This document shows, in pieces, positions 9,539-18,421 of a stretch of DNA of 64,000 nt. The notes under the pieces are model-generated. The model saw only the letters and a program-made list of their open reading frames with translations, was not told the DNA's origin and did not search any database. The number at the start of each line of letters is the position of its first letter. The stretch's first letter is position 1. The position numbers and the translations under genes were made by a program. The stretch lies in IMG/VR virus record IMGVR_UViG_3300050120_000361, positions 62,001 to 126,000 of that record. One strand, given 5' to 3'.

Positions 9539-10042
9539 TTATATCTGCGCCGGGTACCATTCGCCCTTGAGCATTACCTCCAGACGCGCCTCTGAAGGCT
9601 TGTTCCAAATGGTGACGTATCCGTTGTTCATTTCGTACCGTCTCTCCCTGCCGTTCAGTTCTGAGGTCACTATGTCCAATACTTCGAAGTAGGTTCCGCG
9701 CTCGTAGTTGAAAGCCCTGAACTTAAGGTCTACGGGCTGTTGCGGCCCCACTTCCCTGTATTCGAGGTTGAATATTATTGCCGGCACGTATTTGGCGTTG
9801 TTCGCGGAAACGACGTAGTAGCCGCCCGCGCTGTAGTTCTTCATTTTGAACTCGTTTTCTGACACATTCACTGTGCCGAAGTTCTTATCCTCGAACTCTA
9901 TGGCTATAACGGGCCGGTTTTCGTCGCGGCGCACGTTCGCTATCTTTAGCGCCCATACCCTGTTAAGGGACAAATAGCTGGGCATTTCAAGCCCGTTTGC
10001 GAACCAGGGCTTTGTGTATTTCGATGAGTCTCCCATAATCAT
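9539..10042 (-). CDS. Conserved phage-type hypothetical protein
   Basis: RVWALKI...GGYYVV...YVPAIIF...Y resembles a widespread small phage domain. Confidence 0.55.
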   Translation of the reverse strand: MIMGDSSKYTKPWFANGLEMPSYLSLNRVWALKIANVRRDENRPVIAIEFEDKNFGTVNVSENEFKMKNYSAGGYYVVSANNAKYVPAIIFNLEYREVGPQQPVDLKFRAFNYERGTYFEVLDIVTSELNGRERRYEMNNGYVTIWNKPSEARLEVMLKGEWYPAQI

Positions 10043-10584
10043 TCGGTTTCAATTGTTTCATAACCAAGGTTCTCTCCACGGAGTATCGCCCATCGTTTGT
10101 CCTCACGCAGGTACGGCCTCTCCACCACCCAGCAATCCATGAATTGTTCCATCAAATGGTCCGCATCCCGTAGTATAACCATTTCCTTGCGGCGCGGGTC
10201 GAGATAGTGCAGCACGTTACCAAGTTTGAGAATTCCCACCGCATGAAACATGGACGGTATCAGGCGCACGGTTAGGTGATATGGTACTATAGGGGTTTCG
10301 ACGAACAGTTCTCCTGGCGCCTCTTCCATCATCACCACGTTCCATATGTGCTCTTTTGGCAATGGTGGGTATGCAGGATTGGATTGAGTTACAAGTCCCA
10401 TTTTCAGTTCGGGAACGCTCATCAATAGCATAGCTTCCACGCGGGTCTCGTCACAGGCCTTGTAATTTGGGTCTTCGCACAGCCTCAACAGATTTTTATC
10501 CTTGAGAATGTTGGCCAACAAGTACACGGTGCACCAGCCTATGGAAGGCTGAACGTATGGTACTTCAAGTTTCAGATGCCTCAC
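10039..10584 (-). CDS. Putative papain-fold cysteine peptidase (C39-like/Josephin-like)
   Basis: LEVPYVQPSIGWC (Gln, then Cys at a helix start), FHAVGI (His), YLDP (Asp). Confidence 0.55.
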   Translation of the reverse strand: MRHLKLEVPYVQPSIGWCTVYLLANILKDKNLLRLCEDPNYKACDETRVEAMLLMSVPELKMGLVTQSNPAYPPLPKEHIWNVVMMEEAPGELFVETPIVPYHLTVRLIPSMFHAVGILKLGNVLHYLDPRRKEMVILRDADHLMEQFMDCWVVERPYLREDKRWAILRGENLGYETIETE

Positions 10585-12527
10585 GCGGCGTCCTCCATTC
10601 CCTCAGTACCACCGTCTCCAATATCCATGAGCAATTCCTTGCGGAGAGCCGTAGACTTGTCGAACCATGTCCTAACCGTGTTGAGGTAGTCCTTGTTCTT
10701 GAGCTTGAACTGTATCAGGCGCTGGTTGTGGAGCATCTCCTCATAGTGCCTGTCCTCAAGGGAGCCGAGACCCTTCTTGTAAGCGATGTCCCACCCCTTG
10801 ATGTTCGGAACGTCCCTGTCGTACTCCTCGAGGGTGTAGTAGTACCTCTCCTGCCCGCCGCTTTCAGGGTCGCCCTTGGAGGCTATGATTATTGGCGACA
10901 CAAGCCTGTAGATGCGCTTGGCAAGGAACAGCTCTGGAAAGTGCATGGCGAAGAAGGTTATCAGAAGCCCGCAGATGTGCGAGCCGTCATGGTCCATATC
11001 CGTGCCGAACACAATCTTTCCGAAGGCGCAGTTCTTTATGTTGTTTTGGGCGTCATTGAACTGCAGGTTCAGTATGGCTATTATCTCTCTGAGCTCCTGG
11101 TTCTCGACAATTTCAGTCTTTGACAGGTTAAGCGTGTTCTTCACCTTGCCCCTAAGCTCATAGGACGCCATATTCCATGGGTTTGCGAACATTGCGAACC
11201 CGTTGGCCGCGGAAGTCCCCTCGAACAGGAACAGCTCGTTCTGCTCCTTGTTGGTGCGGTTAGAGCAGTTGGTGAACTTGCGGCTCTTGGTCTTCTTTAT
11301 CTCTGCGTTAAGCTTCTTCAGAAGCTTCTTCTGCTCGGCGGCGTACTTCAATTGGTAGTACTCCACCATGTTCTCCACTATCTTGCCCTCCTCCAAACGG
11401 TCGAGAAATGACTTGGGCAGCGAAAGGCAGTCGTGAGGTATGGGCGTTACGAGTATGGTCTTTGTCTGGGCGTCGTAGTCTGGGTTGGTAACTGAGGTGG
11501 ACACGAACACGGACACCGCGTCGCGTATGTCGCGTTCGGTTATCAGCTCCATGTCCTTCTTCCTGAACACCTCGAGGAACTTGTCGGTTACCTTCTTCAT
11601 CACCTTCTTGATGTGCGTCCCCTGGGAGCACACGGCGCCGTTTATGAAGCCGTAGTCGTATCCGATGTTCGGGAGTATCACCACATGGTCCCTGAGAGTG
11701 TCGTGGCTCACGCACTGCCCGCGCTGCTCCTCGGTCAGGTGGAGGCTGACGAACTCCTGAAAGTGAGCGAACTTGAATGTCTGGTTCAGCGCCCCTTCGC
11801 CCGCGTCCGTCTCGAACGAGATTTCAAGTCCCGGATTGGCGGCGCACGCGTCGATGCAGCGCTTCTGCATTATCCTTATGGACGCAGTGTCGAGCTCCGC
11901 TATGGCGAAGCGCGAAAGCTCAATCCTGAAGTCCACCTGGGTGTAGTGTCCCTTGTGGGGCTCTACGGTCTCGGACACGAGGTCCTTCATGTTGTTCGCC
12001 CACTCGGTGCGTATCCTGTTCGCGCCGTCGGCAGTCTCTACTGAGAACTTGGTGGAGTATATGTTCGTTAGCTTCGCGCCGAGCCCGTTCAGACCCGCGC
12101 CTTCGCGCTCCTCGGTGTAGTTGCTCGAGGTCTTCAGAAGCCCGAATATCATGGTGGAGACGTACATCTTGAGCACGCCGTGCACCACCACCGGAATGCC
12201 GCCGTCGTCCCTGACGGAAACGGTGCCGTCGCGCATCACCCTGACGGCTATCCTGTTTATGTCGAAGAGCCTGCTCTTCCTGCGGCGCTCGTCTATCGGA
12301 TTGGTCAGTATCTCATCGAAAAGCTTCAGAAGGCCGGCGTTGTAGCCCACCTTGTCCAGCCGCACAATCATGTTGTCAGATGGCTTGTACAGGTTGTACG
12401 GGCCAACAACGGAGTATATGTTGCCTATGTAAACCGCCGGCCTTAGAAGCACATGGTCTATCTCAGACATCAGCGTGTACTTTTCCTCAATGCTCAATTT
12501 ATTATCAATACTGTTATTTTCTGACAT
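10581..12527 (-). CDS. DNA topoisomerase II large (GyrB/ParE-like, T4 gp39+gp60 fused) subunit
   Basis: HVLLRPAVYIG, KLFDEILTN, DDGGIPV, GLNGLGAKLTNIYS, TOPRIM FEGTSA, LRGKVKN, TDMDHDGSHI, YKKGLGS. Confidence 0.95.
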   Translation of the reverse strand: MSENNSIDNKLSIEEKYTLMSEIDHVLLRPAVYIGNIYSVVGPYNLYKPSDNMIVRLDKVGYNAGLLKLFDEILTNPIDERRRKSRLFDINRIAVRVMRDGTVSVRDDGGIPVVVHGVLKMYVSTMIFGLLKTSSNYTEEREGAGLNGLGAKLTNIYSTKFSVETADGANRIRTEWANNMKDLVSETVEPHKGHYTQVDFRIELSRFAIAELDTASIRIMQKRCIDACAANPGLEISFETDAGEGALNQTFKFAHFQEFVSLHLTEEQRGQCVSHDTLRDHVVILPNIGYDYGFINGAVCSQGTHIKKVMKKVTDKFLEVFRKKDMELITERDIRDAVSVFVSTSVTNPDYDAQTKTILVTPIPHDCLSLPKSFLDRLEEGKIVENMVEYYQLKYAAEQKKLLKKLNAEIKKTKSRKFTNCSNRTNKEQNELFLFEGTSAANGFAMFANPWNMASYELRGKVKNTLNLSKTEIVENQELREIIAILNLQFNDAQNNIKNCAFGKIVFGTDMDHDGSHICGLLITFFAMHFPELFLAKRIYRLVSPIIIASKGDPESGGQERYYYTLEEYDRDVPNIKGWDIAYKKGLGSLEDRHYEEMLHNQRLIQFKLKNKDYLNTVRTWFDKSTALRKELLMDIGDGGTEGMEDAA

Positions 12528-12686
12528 ATCAGTCCGTTATTTCTACCTTGTAATTAATTAGTGCTTGATAAACTTTATCGGAAATTCTATCCCTATATAG
12601 CCTATTCCATACTGACTGCGCTTGAGCCTTATGTTCATTAATTCTTGATTTTATGCTGTAATTATTATATCCCAACAGTAGGCCCT
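12528..12686. promoter_or_regulatory. AT-rich intergenic region upstream of the topoisomerase gene, with palindromes
   Basis: TAATTAATTA (12551-12560), GATAAA-C-TTTATC inverted repeat (12567-12579), and CCGATAAA on the minus strand (12574-12581). Confidence 0.45.
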
Positions 12687-13133
12687 TTAAACGGGCGTTT
12701 CCACGGGCCCTTGGCCTTTCCAGCCTATGGACACCAGGTACTTTATAAGCTCTTTCTCGAGCGATACTATTTCCCTGTTGCGGAGCTGGTGCTCCCAGAC
12801 CCTAAGCACCCTGTAGCCTTTTTTGTTTAGCGCTTTTATGTGTTCTGAGTCACGTTCAACATTTCTTGCCAGTTTTGGCAACCAAAATTCAGTATTGCTC
12901 TTGGGCTACTTGTAGCACTTAGGGCATTTATGCCAGTAGCAGCCGTGCATGAATATCGCCAGGTTTAGTTCCCAAACCACCGCGTCGGGCTTTCCGGGAA
13001 GGTGTCTGGAGTGCTTCTGGTATGTCACGCCCATCCCGTCCAGTATTGCGAAGAGTCGCAGTTCGGGTTTGGTGTTTGTGGAGCCTATTTTCGACATTAT
13101 GTCGCTTCTCTTCTCCTTGGTGAACTTGTCCAT
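12687..13133 (-). pseudogene. vsr: Very-short-patch repair endonuclease Vsr, interrupted by one in-frame TAG at 12906-12908
   Basis: MDKFTKEKRSDIMSKIGSTNTKPE, LPGKPD, IFMHGCYWHKC...CYK*PKSNTEFWLPKLARNVERD...GYRVLRVWEH; both halves are in the same frame. Confidence 0.88.
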
Positions 13134-13154
13134 TCTTTTCTGGGCCAATGGTAA

Positions 13155-13186
13155 GGCCCCCTGCTCTGTTTCCAGTGCAGGGGGCC
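13155..13186 (-). terminator. Strong hairpin (terminator or RNA processing site)
   Basis: GGCCCCCTGC / GCAGGGGGCC 10-bp stem plus 3 further bp, GAAA loop on the minus strand; weak U tract. Confidence 0.55.
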
Positions 13187-13216
13187 GTTATAGGGCGTCA
13201 AAGCGCTTTTGGCTTG

Positions 13217-14332
13217 TCAGATGCCAAGGGATGACTTTATCCTGTCGTTTGTGGTGCCCTTCGGGTAGTCGTGCTGTTCGGTGTCCGGATTGGACAGGGC
13301 CGCGACAAGGCGTTCCTTCTTGTCGGATGTCATGTAGGGCGGCTCGGGCTGCTTGCTGGTTACGGCCCCACGGGCTCCGGTGCCTGAGCCGAGGAAACTC
13401 GTCTCGTATACGGTAGAGCCGTATGAGCCGCTGTAGCCGCTGTCCCCGTGAGCGGTTACGACCCCGGCGGCCGGGAGAACCTTTATCGCTCCGGTCTTCA
13501 GGTTCTTGAGCTTGAGGGCGTAGAGCGGCCACTCGCTCTCGAATGAGCGGTACTTGATCCAGCTTATCTGGTTCAGCTGGCCGCCAACCGACACCATGTC
13601 CCGGTCGGTCTCGAGAGGCTCGCGCTTGAACGAGCCGGTGTAGCCCATGCCGGCCTTGCGCCTCACGGACGTGGCCATTCCGGGCTTTCCGCTCTTTGGC
13701 ATTGTTGAAGGCTTAACGGAGTGAGCATTATCATACCCGTGCCCGAAGGATATTCCAGACCACACCTGACCGTCAAGCGCTGCCTTCATTTTTGCCCTTA
13801 CCGCTCCAGATGCCGTTGACGGAAGCCCCTGAAGGTCCTTCAATTCCTGCTCGGTGTAGCCGGTGAATATAGCCGCGAACTGCGGGTCGGAACGGAAGTC
13901 GCCCCAAACCGATGATATTAGGTCGTCCCAAGCGTCCTGTTCGACAATTATGTCCTTGTAGTCCTGGTAAGACTCGTACTTCGGGTGCTCGTCGGCGTGC
14001 ATCATTCCGCTCTCCATGACCTCGGTGTCGTTGCCGTTAGCTCCCCACACGCCGTAGTTCCCTATTATCACCCCGTTAACACCGCGCAGGAAGTCGTCGT
14101 AGTTCTCCCACAGGGTTGTGAGCTTCAGCGGTGTTCCAGCCCCCTCGTCAAGCCTGTCCATGTCGTTCAGTCTGGGACCCTCGAGTATGTCCATACTTGC
14201 CGGGAGGCCGTATGACTCGTTCACGTTGGCGCCGCACGCGTCGCAGAGCCCGCACTTCTGCTCGGCTGCGTTCGAGAGCGGTGTGTGGCACACGGAGCAC
14301 GCTCCGAATTGGTCGTTTGCTACTATCTTCAT
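13217..14332 (-). CDS. Hypothetical protein with N-terminal Zn finger, possibly an internal head protein
   Basis: CSVC...CGLCDAC; acidic N-terminal half with VNES, ILE, LWE and IVE motifs reminiscent of prohead-protease sites. Confidence 0.55.
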   Translation of the reverse strand: MKIVANDQFGACSVCHTPLSNAAEQKCGLCDACGANVNESYGLPASMDILEGPRLNDMDRLDEGAGTPLKLTTLWENYDDFLRGVNGVIIGNYGVWGANGNDTEVMESGMMHADEHPKYESYQDYKDIIVEQDAWDDLISSVWGDFRSDPQFAAIFTGYTEQELKDLQGLPSTASGAVRAKMKAALDGQVWSGISFGHGYDNAHSVKPSTMPKSGKPGMATSVRRKAGMGYTGSFKREPLETDRDMVSVGGQLNQISWIKYRSFESEWPLYALKLKNLKTGAIKVLPAAGVVTAHGDSGYSGSYGSTVYETSFLGSGTGARGAVTSKQPEPPYMTSDKKERLVAALSNPDTEQHDYPKGTTNDRIKSSLGI

Positions 14333-14336
14333 GTCC

Positions 14337-14621
14337 TTAGAGTGCTGTTAAAAATGCGTAAGCTGCGTCCATGTCCGCGAATGCCGTCCATACGTAAGGG
14401 TCCTCACCCGTTCCTGAACCGGTTCTCGTGGAGGCGTCGGCGAGGTCGGCCGGCGCCACGTTGTTCAGCACGGTGTCGCCACGCTGGGCCGCGTTGAACA
14501 CAGTGAGCGTGCCGTCGTCGTTGGGGCGCACCGCGTACTGACCCTTTGGGTAAAGGGTGGGGTACTTGTCGTTTGAGTCCTGCACGGTCAGGAAGCTCGT
14601 GGTTGTTCCTATTATCTTCAT
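14337..14621 (-). CDS. Hypothetical protein, possibly virion
   Basis: 94-aa ORF with A-rich leader directly after the terminase gene. Confidence 0.65.
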   Translation of the reverse strand: MKIIGTTTSFLTVQDSNDKYPTLYPKGQYAVRPNDDGTLTVFNAAQRGDTVLNNVAPADLADASTRTGSGTGEDPYVWTAFADMDAAYAFLTAL

Positions 14622-14638
14622 TTCGATTTATTTATTCG

Positions 14639-16603
14639 TTATAGTATGTATCCGTTTTTGTTCTTTCGCCCCCTGCCGCCGCTTGAGTTCCACATCTGCT
14701 CGTGGTTCCGAAGGTGAAAGCCAGTGGGTATCCTGTACACGTTCGCCTGGGCAACCCTTAATTTCTCCTGCTCGTCAAGAAGCTCCTGTGCTATGTCGTT
14801 GCACCGCTGACGCATGTTAGTTTCGGCGTCCGCGAGGAACTCCCTGCTGTACATGTTGCCCGACTTGACGAAATGGGCTATGGTGACGTCCACCATCACG
14901 GTATCGTCATGCCCGTACTGCGCGGCGTAGGTGTCGTTGGCGTTCTTTCCGAAGTTGAGGTACTCCTCAACCGACATGTAGTGCGTTTCGTCGAATGTCT
15001 CGTTTACTATCAGCGAAGAGAAGGACTTGACGCCGACCTTCTTGTTGTACTGGTCCCAGCGTATTCCGCGCTCGTAGTCCTCCTTGCTTGCCCGCATGAA
15101 CTTGGCGAATACGATGTTGTCGAACCACGAGTACGCCTTGTCGAACCTTACCAGGTGGTCTATGTGCGCGAAGAACTCCCCGCCGTAGTTGTTCGTCTCC
15201 ACCACGACGCGAACCTGCGAAGGGTTGAAGTACTTGAGCAGGTCGAGCGTTTTCTGAGCGAAGTCCTCAACTGAAATCTCCTTGTCCCTGAACACGCCAA
15301 TGTTCTTGAACTCTATGCGCTTTTTGGTCCTGTTCCACTCCATCTTCCGTATCTTCAGTACAGAGCTGTCCTGCCCGAGGCCTTCGGCGATGTCTATTCC
15401 CATTATGAAGTAATCCTCCATGAAGTCGTATTCGGTCCCGACCTCAACGCTCTTTCCGTCCTCGGTCTCCGCCATGAAGTGGTTGGCCTTGAACTGTATG
15501 TCGAACAGTTCCCCGAGGTAGTGGTTGTCCTTGGACCAGGCGTTCTTGTTGAGCGTCTGCTCCTGCCTCAGGGATTTCTGTATCTTGACGTTGAAAATGC
15601 TCTTCAGCTGCGTGTCGAATGAGCACTCAAAGCCCATCTCCCACGCCTCGAGGCCCACGTTGGCTATTGTGTCCTGCTTGAACGACTCGTCCCTGCCAGG
15701 AACCTCGTGCCAGTAAATCCTGCTCGATATGAACCTGTTCGTCTTCTCCTGCGAGCCGAGCCAAAGGTCGTAGAACTTGTTCCTGCCGTTCGGGGTGGAG
15801 GCTATTATGCACCTGGACTTGGGATTATTGACAAGGGCCGGGTAGATGTTGTTCCAGAACTTATCCACCTTGGACGCGGGTATGTACGCGAACTCGTCAA
15901 TGAACAGGAAGTCGAGAGAGAAGCCCTGAACCACTGACTCCGACGCGATGCCTATCGATAGCCTGCACCCGTTGTCGAGCGTGAAGCCCCTGGCGTTGAA
16001 TGATATGAAGCCGGGCTGCATGAAGAACGGGAGCCCGTTGAACGCCTCCTTGATCTTCTTGAGTATCTCGTTAACGACCATTTCGGACTGGGCCACTACG
16101 ACGCAGTCCTTATCGAAGTTGAAGCAGCAGAAGTGCACTATCTCAACCACAGTGGTTGTGGTCTTTCCCGACTGGCGGGGAAACATCAGAATGTTCCAGT
16201 TATGCGCCGCGTACTTCGCGAGCAAATCCTCCTGGTACCGGCGAAGGGCAATCTTCTGCCAGCCGTCATTACCGTCCTTGAGCTGCACGAAGTTGTTGCC
16301 GAAAAGCACCTTATCCCCCATGCACATCTCAAGCACCGCCATCTCATCCTCAGTGTACTTGAAGGGCAGGTTTCCCTTGCGGAGGTTGGCGTCCCTCACG
16401 GTCTTAAGGAACGGGGACTCCTTCAGCTTGTAGCCGTCAAGTATGCCAGACTTGGCAAGCTCAACAGACTCGCTGTTCCATACGGACCTGCTCGCCTCGT
16501 CGTTTACGATGATACGAGGGTCAAACACACCGTGGGTTCCCCCAAGCCGCTTGTTCAGCAGGTCATTGGTCCTATTTATGCGTTCCGCGGTCTCGGTGGC
16601 CAT
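14639..16603 (-). CDS. terL: Terminase large subunit (T4 gp17-like)
   Basis: LRRYQ, PRQSGKTTT (Walker A), FLFIDEFAYI (Walker B), STPNGRNKFY, nuclease GIDIAEGLGQDSS, VETNNYG, HDDTVM. Confidence 0.95.
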   Translation of the reverse strand: MATETAERINRTNDLLNKRLGGTHGVFDPRIIVNDEASRSVWNSESVELAKSGILDGYKLKESPFLKTVRDANLRKGNLPFKYTEDEMAVLEMCMGDKVLFGNNFVQLKDGNDGWQKIALRRYQEDLLAKYAAHNWNILMFPRQSGKTTTTVVEIVHFCCFNFDKDCVVVAQSEMVVNEILKKIKEAFNGLPFFMQPGFISFNARGFTLDNGCRLSIGIASESVVQGFSLDFLFIDEFAYIPASKVDKFWNNIYPALVNNPKSRCIIASTPNGRNKFYDLWLGSQEKTNRFISSRIYWHEVPGRDESFKQDTIANVGLEAWEMGFECSFDTQLKSIFNVKIQKSLRQEQTLNKNAWSKDNHYLGELFDIQFKANHFMAETEDGKSVEVGTEYDFMEDYFIMGIDIAEGLGQDSSVLKIRKMEWNRTKKRIEFKNIGVFRDKEISVEDFAQKTLDLLKYFNPSQVRVVVETNNYGGEFFAHIDHLVRFDKAYSWFDNIVFAKFMRASKEDYERGIRWDQYNKKVGVKSFSSLIVNETFDETHYMSVEEYLNFGKNANDTYAAQYGHDDTVMVDVTIAHFVKSGNMYSREFLADAETNMRQRCNDIAQELLDEQEKLRVAQANVYRIPTGFHLRNHEQMWNSSGGRGRKNKNGYIL

Positions 16604-16621
16604 TGGTGTTCAAAAATGTTT

Positions 16622-17332
16622 TTACAGGCAGTCGTCGCAATAGCCCTCAGTTACCAGGTACTCCCTGTCGAGTTCGCAGCCGCACCCAGTGCAGTACATT
16701 TCGGGGTTATCCTCGCGGTTGCGCGCCTCCTTGGAGTCGTCGTCCAGGTCTATGTCAAAAGCCTTGAGATTGCCGTTGGCGTCCCAGCCGAGGTTTCCCT
16801 CATGAAGGTCAGAAGCGCCAATCCGCCTGTACTCGAGGCTCAAAGCTACCAATTGGTGGTAGAACGACTCGACAGCGTCGGAGATTGGCTTAAGCTTTGG
16901 AGTAACTGTTTTTCTGTCGCTGCCTGAGGCTATGTTCATGGCGCGCTGTATTGCGGCCTTTTTCTGGTTGTATTCGGTGCAGAACCTCTCATAGTCGAAT
17001 TCGAAGGCATTGGGAGGGCGGACCTTTTGCGTTGCGAGCATGGTGTCAACCATTTGGAAAAGGTTGGTTATCTCATCGTCCTTCTGCAGGAAGTCCGCCA
17101 CGTAGAAGTAGAGAGACTCGTTCCTGGCAGTTGCGTGTATTCTGGCGAAGAGAGGCCACTCGCCCGTGGTCTGTTTCACAGCGAAATCGTATTCCCATTT
17201 GGACCTGGTCTGCTTGACGACAAAGCCCCCGCAGCGCCAGGCTGTTCCATTGTCGCCCGAGCCCAGCAGCGCCATATCGGGAAGACTGATGCCGTTTTCA
17301 ATCAGGAAGTTTTCAAGTGTCCGTTGTTCCAT
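16622..17332 (-). CDS. Protein kinase-like enzyme with C-terminal Zn ribbon
   Basis: LGSGDNGTAW (Gly loop), VVKQT (Lys), WEY (helix C Glu), DLHEGNLG (catalytic loop), AFDID; tail CTGCGC...CDDC. Confidence 0.75.
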   Translation of the reverse strand: MEQRTLENFLIENGISLPDMALLGSGDNGTAWRCGGFVVKQTRSKWEYDFAVKQTTGEWPLFARIHATARNESLYFYVADFLQKDDEITNLFQMVDTMLATQKVRPPNAFEFDYERFCTEYNQKKAAIQRAMNIASGSDRKTVTPKLKPISDAVESFYHQLVALSLEYRRIGASDLHEGNLGWDANGNLKAFDIDLDDDSKEARNREDNPEMYCTGCGCELDREYLVTEGYCDDCL

Positions 17333-17337
17333 AACTA

Positions 17338-17724
17338 TTATAGCATAACCAGTTCAAAGCCGTTTTCGAGCCTGTAACCGTTTCTTAGTATATCCACAAC
17401 GCCAGGCTGGATATGATACGGAAGGTACGAGTGAGCCGTCAGAAGCCTCGCGGCCAGTCCGGACATTCCCGGCAAAGCCACCCTTATCTCCATCCGCTTC
17501 GGCCTGGATATGGAAGAGTACACTGTGTCTGTAACGAAGGCGTTCCGCCCTCCTGTCCAGTTATGTATGTCCTCGCGTATGAGGAGCAATCCCTCTATTT
17601 TCTCCAATTCCGTGCAAACGTATTCGACCCCGCTTTTCCTCAAAAGGATTGCGGGGTCGAATGGTGCCTGTATGTAAAGGTCGGACCAGTGATGGTCTCC
17701 TATGGTTTCTTTGCCTACCGTCAT
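17338..17724 (-). CDS. Hypothetical protein
   Basis: 128-aa ORF coupled by ATGA overlap. Confidence 0.6.
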   Translation of the reverse strand: MTVGKETIGDHHWSDLYIQAPFDPAILLRKSGVEYVCTELEKIEGLLLIREDIHNWTGGRNAFVTDTVYSSISRPKRMEIRVALPGMSGLAARLLTAHSYLPYHIQPGVVDILRNGYRLENGFELVML

Positions 17725-18392
17725 TTCGCTATTACGTAGTCCTCCACGCGGTCTATCTGCAGGTAGGGCGTGCGGGACACTATGTGCGTCTGAACGCCAA
17801 TTACCTTATGGAAGAATATCCAAACGCGCTTGCGAAGCGTCGTGTGCGCCAGCGTTATGCTGTCGACCAGGCGAAGGTTCAAATTGGTGAGGTACGGGGA
17901 GCGTTTCGGGAACAGGTTAACGTCCACAGTGAAAGTGGCGAACCTGTCGTTGTACGCCGCCACGTACTTGCCCTCCTGTATTGTGAACCTTGAGGTGTCC
18001 GCACGGTTCTTTGCAGTCGTGTCCCTATGCGTTCCTATGCTGTCCTGGCGGAAGTCGCTGTGCGCCGCTATGGATGTGGCTGACAGCAATTGGCTCATGG
18101 TTATTCCCATGTTCTGAAGCTGCGAATTTAGGTTGGAGTTCTGCGCCTTTAGCTCATCCGTAGTCACCTGCAGGGAGGCGAGTGTGCCCTGGACCAAGCC
18201 GTCCTTGGTCTTTGTGGTATCCATCTTGAACCCACTGTTCTTAAGGGCCAGTGAGGCCCTGTCGCGGTCTGCGGCCGTCTCGTCCAATTGCTTGTGGAGA
18301 AACCACATGCCAGTAACCAATCCGGCAATGATTATCCCCATGCCCCATTTGCTCGTGATGAAGGACCACGCTCCTGTCAAAAATGTCAACAT
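17721..18392 (-). CDS. Membrane-anchored coiled-coil protein, spanin-like
   Basis: N-terminal TM (GMGIIIAGLVTGMWFL), coiled coil, then beta-rich domain with DSI...RKRVWIFF...PY; typical of Bacteroidota phage spanin-like proteins. Confidence 0.55.
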   Translation of the reverse strand: MLTFLTGAWSFITSKWGMGIIIAGLVTGMWFLHKQLDETAADRDRASLALKNSGFKMDTTKTKDGLVQGTLASLQVTTDELKAQNSNLNSQLQNMGITMSQLLSATSIAAHSDFRQDSIGTHRDTTAKNRADTSRFTIQEGKYVAAYNDRFATFTVDVNLFPKRSPYLTNLNLRLVDSITLAHTTLRKRVWIFFHKVIGVQTHIVSRTPYLQIDRVEDYVIAK

Positions 18393-18421
18393 ATCCTTAT
18401 TGTTTTGGTTTTACTTGTTCT

